Shown: in pieces, positions 56,389-64,000 of the stretch
Layout: each line of letters starts with the position of its first letter
Numbering within the stretch: position 1 is the stretch's first letter
Origin: Takakia lepidozioides
Lineage: Eukaryota; Plantae; Bryophyta
Assembly: GCA_030704615.1 (NCBI GenBank)
Contig: CM060731.1
Location: forward strand, 35,402,001 to 35,466,000
Length of the DNA stretch: 64,000 nucleotides
Direction: 5' to 3'
The notes under the pieces: generated by a model
Databases searched by the model: none
What the model was told of the DNA's origin: nothing
Seen by the model: only the letters and a program-made list of their open reading frames with translations
Position numbers and translations under genes: made by a program

Positions 56389-59300
56389 TCAGCTTATAGA
56401 GCCACTGCAACGAACCATCAGTTTGATGGTATGGCCCCCAGTAGTTTGCATCACCTCAATACACTCTTGCAAGTCAGCGTCACAACTAAGTACCATCCAT
56501 TCTGCATCATCATCGAGGTATTTGAGATCAAAAGCCCGCCCTCCAACTTTCAGTCTGCGCCCTACCTCATCTCTTAGATCGAAATAACCTGCACCTGTTG
56601 GCAGCTTGAAACGCACAGTGTCATCCCCAATTGTGGCCTTTACTGTGACGGCTGAGACCTCGTCATGGCTTTGCCAAGACCTCTTTTGAGAAGTGCCTCC
56701 AGCACCAGATGATGGGGAGCTACATTCACTGCCACCCTGTGCAGGCGAGGAACCAAACTGCAGTGAATTCAGGTCAGACTCACTCGTCCCACCAGTAACC
56801 TCCCTCTCCTCATCAAAAGTTTTGTAATTGGCAGATGACACGGGAACTTCAATTCTGCCACACCGGAAGTCGCCCTTCAATGCTGCAAGGGCAAGATGAT
56901 CCCCATGCACTCGAGATTCCTTACCACCCGCCCTTGATTTGGTAAAATCCGACATTGAGCTGCCTCCTGACAATTCTCTACATTCTCTAGATGACCTGCC
57001 AAATGCTGAGCCGGATTGGCTTCTTTCAGGGCTCCCATTGGCAGCTTGCAAGCTCTGAGCTGCCGAGTGGCTACCAGCACCAGCAGCCCATTCTGGATCT
57101 GCTGCCCTTACACCAGTGACTGCTACATCATTAGCTGGCGAGAAAGGACTTGCAACAATCCCGCTACATGAATCCATGGAACCATGTCCCACGACGGAGC
57201 CTTGGCCCGAATTTCTATCGTTCATCCTTTGTACTTCTGAACCTGAAAACCTCTGAGCACCGTTACTTAATACAAATCGACTGCCTTTATTGGCAGGACC
57301 ACCACTTTGTTCACCTGAGGCAGGTCTTTCCAAGTCAGGCTTTGATGCAGGAGGTGGGAAAAACAGCTGCTGAGGTGACAAAGGAACAGACTTACCATCC
57401 TCATCCTTTATGGTGGGTAACAGGTCTGCACCCCCTTTGCTGGTCACAAGCTGTTCCTTGCTATCACTGTTACTGGGAGATGGAGTAGCCCATGAAACTG
57501 ACCAATTCCCTTGCGAAGATGAAACATCCTTTCCCATTTGCCCTCCTGTCACAACAGCAGCTGCAACTGCTGCTGAAGCAAGATCACCTGTGAGAGCATT
57601 GATGCATAGGGCCCCATCTGCACCTTGCACTGAGTCAATTACTCCCTGCAGCTTTTTCAGAGAGCGGCTCACTTTGTTGATTTTCCGGGAAGGCCACCGT
57701 GAGATGCCATGTTGTCGGCAGATTCTCTTCAGTGTTGTTGGGCACACTGCAAAGTAAACAAGATGTAAAAGCACTTCAGTAATCCCGAAAAGAAACGACA
57801 CGGTCAACAAGTTATCAAGCTATCAACATTTCTGTCAAACTGTTGAGGATGGCTCAGCAATTTCAAGCCCATGTACACCACCAAATTTTAAGCTAGGATG
57901 CACCAATCTTGATGTTTACACATGGCAAACAGATGATAAAGGTCGCAGCAACACTTGGGGCCGTTTCCATCAACAGCACCCATTTCTGACTTGTACAGCA
58001 GGAACCCAGCTTTACACAACCAATGGAGGATACTCAGGTTTCAACTACTTCAAGTGTTTGCTACTGCTTCCAGTCCAGAATCAACCCAATAGACAGCTGC
58101 TAGATGTGCAAAAAATTGAAAGATAGTATAAATATCAACTGAACTAGCCCTTTCCATCTTCCTCTCATCCAACCGCACCAGCAACTTCCACAAAGGAACA
58201 AAAACTGCACAGTCCTGGACATGCTGCAGACTTCTTAAGGAGTTTTGGTGGGAAACGGTTGCTCCCAACAACAGGAAAATTGGGTATATATCAGTGAAAA
58301 CTGAACAAGCCACCACCCCTTTCTGATGAGGTGTGGTCCTGACTTAGATATCGGAGTGAGCAAGGAAGTCTGCTCCAACCAATTTCCTGCTCCATATTGT
58401 ATCACTACAGATTTGAAGCTTTGAAACTGCTGCTAGTCATCTGTATCATGTCAAGGAAACAACAGCAGGATGGAGCTGACTGCTTTGTGAAACAGGTAAA
58501 CAAGACAGCTGCTGCAAAGTCTTCCCCATCCCGGTGAAAGAAGACCTAGCTTTGATTTGGCCCTTACGGTTCAGTGTTTGTCTTTAATAGGATATGAAAG
58601 AAGACCAACCGCCAATGCTCTTCGCTGCATCCTTCAGGCTCCCAGCAAAGTACTGCTGAAGGACATTCAGGCCAATTGTCTTCTCAGTCGTCCCTCGCCT
58701 CCTGTCAAGCCTTCGCCTGTAATTTGCAGCAGCATCCTGCGCTACATTTGTGGATCCTAACTCTCCCACTTCAACTCCTAGATGCATTGCAGTTTGCTCA
58801 GGCTGGTAAGATGGAGGAGGCTCTGGAAATTGACCAGATTTTTCTTCTTGTGTCTCTTGAAGCTGCTGATGCAACTGCTGATGTGACTGGGGCCTCTGAT
58901 CTGAGGGTGGAGGTGGTGGCTGCAATTGTTGCTGCTGCTCTTCTTGCTGACCTGGTGATGAGTGAGATTTTACCTCATGGTTCACAATTGGGGTGGTCGG
59001 ATCAAAACCACGTCCTGCGGGAGCTTCAACCTTCTTATCTTCCACAAGTTTGACCGACTTTTTGTCACCTTCCACACTTTCTTCAAGGGCCACAGTTACC
59101 CTTTCTTCCTCAAACTCCTTATCAGTTATTGTGCGCAAGCTTCTACAGACACGCTGCATTGTGATTGAGAGGGAGTTCAACATCAATTGCTGTTCTTGGC
59201 TGTCTATGCAAGTTGGGGGAAGGAAAAACTCCAGGACGAAGTCATCTCTGCCAGAGTGAATGCTTCTCAGGCGGATGGCGACAGCCGCAGACAAGCCAAA

Positions 59301-61638
59301 AAGCTGGGCAAAATGCCCAAGAGGATATTCAATCTTGCTATAATTCTTCACATCACTTTCAAAATAGGGCTGGTTTGACTCAAAGGCCTTGCCTGGAACA
59401 CCCTGTCCCATCTCCAGAGTGTGCTCCAAACAGGCGTGGCGGAAACCCCACATGCGAGTATCACTCACGTAGCAAGGACCATCTCCTGTGTGTAGGCGCA
59501 AACAGCTGCTACTGCTGTTGCCTCCATCCTCAAACAGAACCTTCTTACTCCCACTGCTCGTTAGGACATTGGTTCCAAGATGACCGCCAGGTACCCAGGT
59601 CTGAGCCAGTGGCAGCTTATGGGTCTCGCACGCAGCTGTCAACACCTCTGTAATCTCCGCCAACGCGGCTTGTCGGCCCTGAGTGCACACCTGATGCAAC
59701 CTCTACACCAGTAAGCAACTGGTAACCCATTCTTAGCTGGGGATTCACTGCTAAGACTGGCTCATCTACAACCCAAATACATCTCCTATACTCCTTCCAG
59801 CCACTTTGTCTTTAGCAACGACCGCCACCACACAAGCTGCTGAAGCAACTTAACTTCAACTTCAAACTACCAGCAGAGTTTACTAAAATTGACCATGAAT
59901 TTTTGGACATAAATCGTTGCATGTACCTGCACTACCGGAGATTCCAATCCATCCGAAGATGCTAAATTCACAGCCTGCAAACAACCGCCAGCCAGCCTTC
60001 AGTTCTAAGACTCCTGGCACTAATCTTGACAACATCCACATGAAAATGGGGTTCGTAGTTATTTGGATGCAGGGGACTGCAGCATCGTTTACTGGTTCCT
60101 TGGCAAACATGGCAATCAAGGGTTTGAGCATTGCCAACATGGACGAGGGGCCCAATCCACTTGAGTGCGGGCATCAAAAGACTTTTCAAATGAAGTTCAT
60201 CTGTTACCCTAGCACACCTCCCAAAAGGTGACACGGTATTTATCCCCGTTTCTCTAGTCTGGTTGCCCATCTGTCCACTCTGCTGCGACAATATGTTCAT
60301 AAAACAAGGGGGAGGGGGGGGGGCCGGGGCAGATATGAAAGACACCTGCAGAGCTCGACATATGATGTCTATTTCGGGGGCGTACTGAACCTTTTCGGCC
60401 CTCATGACCAGTTCGATAACAGCGAGACAACTCCTGGTGACAGGATCGAAGACGGGAACTGCAAGAGTGCCGCGCACATCACACCTTTGGGCATCCTTCA
60501 CCCGTAGAAACTCCTGGCTGCTATAGAACTGCACATTAGGCGACCATTCAGGAACCTGATGCAAAAACACTCGGCCAGGAAGGCCAGGGAATGCTCCCGA
60601 GTCCTTCTCAGCTGGAAAATCATATTTTTCAGAAACAATGCGGTAAGAACAGAGCCGATCATTTTCCTGCTCCAACACATAAGGCTGCTCTCGCGTGGTC
60701 AGGAGAATCTTGTCGCCTTGAGCTATTGGCATCCAAACTTGAACAAGGACATTCCCCCGCAAGCGCCCTATGAACCGCAAGGCCTGCGTCACTCTATCTC
60801 GTAGTGATGGTGCTCCGCTTCTCTTCAGACCGCGCTTCGTCTTACTTCCCAGGTCTGCACTAGGAAATTTTACCACTTCCTCTTCCCCACCATTCCTGCA
60901 CAAAGGAGCAGCCACGTCTGACACAGTGTTCTGTTGCAACTTTACCTTCTCAACGCCTCCCGACAGACCAGTGCCTGCATATTGTATCGCACCCGAACCA
61001 ACTGTATAGGCGAATCGGCCGCCAGGCAAGCTTCCAAGGTCGCCACAGTTCCCGACACTCCCTATCACCCCTACATCCAAAATGCCCGGAGACGGCACCC
61101 CTAGAAGCTGGTGAGAAAGCAGCATTTGCGAAACATTTGAAATGCCCCGTCCAGAAATAGGGTTCAAAGATGCAGCCCCGGGACTGTATCCCCGGGACGG
61201 AAGAGCTCCGCAAAAACCACCTCCCAGATGTGCATGGTCCAGCAACTCTGACAGCCTCGACGGTGGAGGAGACTGAGATTCCAAAACTTGAAGAAGATCT
61301 GAAGATTCTGTTTGAAACCGCTCCGACGTCATAGCCGCCTGCGGAAACACAGCTTGCGCGGGGGGAGATTGCGAAATCGGCGATGAAAGTGATACTCCCC
61401 CGAAATTGGGAGAAAACACAGGCGAGAAGTTCATGTAACTCGGCCCTAAATCTGCTTGATTCCCCATCCACGGCTCGCACATCTGATCGCACAACGGGTC
61501 CAGATCCATAAGCTCCGACAACACGGAATCATCCACCATAAACTTCGACTCTCCAGAGTTGTTCGACACCCCTCCGGCCAGCAAATCCGCAGCTCGCCAT
61601 CGCAGCACCGAAGCCTCGTTGGGAGGCACGTCCATCAT
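56389..61638 (-). CDS. NLP: NIN-like protein (GAF-like, RWP-RK and PB1 domains); exons 61638-60346, 59974-59927, 59690-58610, 57746-56389
   Basis: [21 protein letters not shown]; LPLAQTWVP; [25 protein letters not shown]|[26 protein letters not shown]; PB1 [33 protein letters not shown]. Canonical 4-exon NLP layout including the 48-nt AVNL exon. Confidence 0.95.
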
Positions 61639-62929
61639 GAGATACCGATACCCCTCCTTCCCCCCTCCACTTCCACACCACAAATTCACAAACTTCCCCT
61701 GCCAAAATGCAGGGTTGGGGTTACGCTCCACCACAGATCCCCTAACACTCCCCCGCGGAGCTCCATCCCCACTGATGCTGCTTTCCGATGAATAAAAACT
61801 TAAAACAAAGTCTATGTCGTTAACTACGGACTCTTCGTCTGTCCCACCAGCTCTCCTCCCGCACCCTAGCGACAGCGACAGTAACCCCAGCGCGGCAGGC
61901 AGCCGAGCAGCGCATGGACGACGACGGCAGCATGCGCGCTACAATCGTACGCTCGCGTGCAGCACGACACACAAGCACAGAACGCAGCAACCAAAGGCAG
62001 AGAGGCGCAGGCCGTACGGCCGGCGTGTGCCTGCCCTGCCTCCCTTTTGGCTTTACTCTGCTCGCCGTCCGGCTATTCACGGCTCCGGAACCGTGCGCGC
62101 CGGCTTGCGGATGAATAACCCCCTTCCCCATCCACTCCTCACTAGCAGAGGGATGGATAATCATCGGAATATTTTAGCCTCGTCCACTCCGGCACGTATT
62201 ACACCAATCATAGTCTGCCGATGGTACCCCTCTGCCGGATAACCTCATCATCATTGTACCGAGACGGAGATGAATGACAAACCACATCATAATTCATCCA
62301 CGTTCCATAGATGACAAGCGTTAGTACCGGTGTGGTACCGGTAGCCAGTAAGTAGTAAATTTTTAAACATCGGAAGGGGAAGATAGAAGCGAGAAAAGGG
62401 ATGATAATGACGGGCATGGGGATCGAGTCAACTGGTTTTGTCCTTTTTCGTTTTTTTAAAAGTATTAGAGAGAATCTGGAGATGGATGAGAAGAGCGGAT
62501 GAATGTGCATCCGCTCGTGTGAGAGGCACAAGCTACTTGTTTTGGTTTGTACCACTTGGTACGGTGGCCAGCCGCCGGGTAGTACGCGACCGTACGCAGG
62601 AGGCAGGAGCGCCGACCGAACGTCAAAAGGGAGCCCGCGTTCTCCCATAATGTGGGGTGGCGCCAACCCGGATGTACGGCGCCGCGTGGCCTGCGCGCTC
62701 TGCATATCTTCGAGGATGAATGATTCTTTCGGATGTAACTGTCCGGCTACGGATGAACACTTGCCGCCATCCGTAAGCTGTCCACGTCAGGTATATTTTC
62801 TCCCCTTAAAGAGTAGCAAGTGGCTAAGCCCTAAAGTAATAAGGAGAGGGCCCAACCCCCAAAGGAGGCAGTAACTGCAAGGCGAAGTGGCTCTTAGTTA
62901 CGCCTGCTTCGGCCAGAGTCTTCTCTCTC

Positions 62930-63360
62930 TGCGAATGATGCCCACAATGCACTCCCGTTGTAGAGGATACAACGCCCTTCATGGGTACAATGTACCACAT
63001 CTTTGCATGACAAGCACCTGTACATGTGGGAGGTAATTTGCAGTGTGCACATGTGAATGTGTTCTTCGGGATAGTGACACCAACTCTGCACGGATCCTTC
63101 CACTTCCCCACAAAATTGCTAGAGTTCCGAGACTTAGGAAGAGATGTGGGCACAAATCGTTCTCGCATTCGAAAGCTCCTGCACAAACGACATATTGGAG
63201 CATATATTGTGGCATTGACACCTTGGACGTGGATTTTGTTATGCACCAGGGGTGACTATCGTGCTTCCTATCCCTGCCAATCAATCCGCACCTATCATTT
63301 TGTTGCTCTTCCTTGTAGGGTATTTCAAAGATAAGGTCGCCATCAATAAAGCTCAAGGGA
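62930..63360 (-). mobile_element. Frameshifted Cys/His-rich transposase-like fragment
   Basis: FIDGDLIFEIP..RKHDSHPWC..CAGAFECENDLCP, then after a frameshift CAHCKLPPTCTGAC.AKMWY..HCGHHS; metal-binding architecture resembling DNA-transposon N-termini. Confidence 0.5.
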
Positions 63361-64000
63361 TCAACTGCAATGTAAAGCCCAAATGTTTCACTTGTTTGTA
63401 GGAGTGTGTTTGCAAGATGAGACTCGATTCACATTTTTGCAGGAGTAGTGAATTTCAGTCCATCAAGAGGTGTACTTCATGTAGTGAATGCTCTCTTGGT
63501 GTGATAAAGGTGCCCGGCCAGCAATGACAGGCCAGTTTAACCCTAAAGGAGGAGAGGTGTTTTTGGGTTTTTGGACAATTCCGGGACCCACCCTCACACG
63601 TCAGCGGCTACCTGCCCACCAACGTTCATCCACGTGGATGAACCGTACAAACTGCTTTCTACCTAGAAGATGCACAAGCCCCCCAAATTTAGGGAGATTC
63701 CACCTTGTAGTTTGAGAGATTATAACATTTGAAGACGGTGCATTTTTTTGAAAATGGAAACAAAAAAGCAAAAGTTCATGTTTGACCAAGCAAATTATCC
63801 ATGATCCCAAATTTTCCTGGGAGAAAAAGTGCTATATTCCTGTAAAGTGCACAATCCCAAACCCTCACACCAAATTTCACCCCAATCTGCCAAAATGAAA
63901 GGGGGGGTGCTTTGTATGTGACTGGAATGGGGGTCCAAAAAGAGAATTTGCAAAGAAAATGGTATAGGCCCAATTGGGACCCCCAAATTCTCCTTCATTT

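Overview
Eukaryotic nuclear DNA from a land plant with spliceosomal GT-AG introns. The protein sequences, PLS-type PPR array and TE families suggest a non-seed plant (bryophyte/lycophyte-like), but the taxon is an inference. Genes: a 3-exon ~70-aa KGD4/MRPS36-like microprotein (+, 1368-2520, missed by the ORF track); a ~22-exon gene of the uncharacterised 'MFTxGLDxxALxWV' family (Arabidopsis AT4G24610-like; -, 17814-5153); a Dabb/HS1 stress A/B-barrel gene head-to-head with an intronless trihelix (Myb/SANT-like) gene; an ER-type P2A Ca2+-ATPase (ECA1-type); and a NIN-like protein (NLP). Mobile DNA: a complete but coding-defective Ty3/Gypsy chromovirus (729-bp LTRs, AGCAA TSD, iMet PBS) sitting in the intron of a pseudogene that fuses an OSB-type PDF motif to a PLS-PPR array; at least six fragments of an RTE-X-like LINE that ends in (CT)n and appears to insert into (CT)n microsatellites, including its own tail; tRNA-derived SINE-like heads; MITEs; hAT and zinc-finger transposase relics; and a decayed ~259-codon frame of unknown family. 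No CRISPR array, rRNA or intact tRNA was seen. All family assignments come from motif recall and no database search was run.
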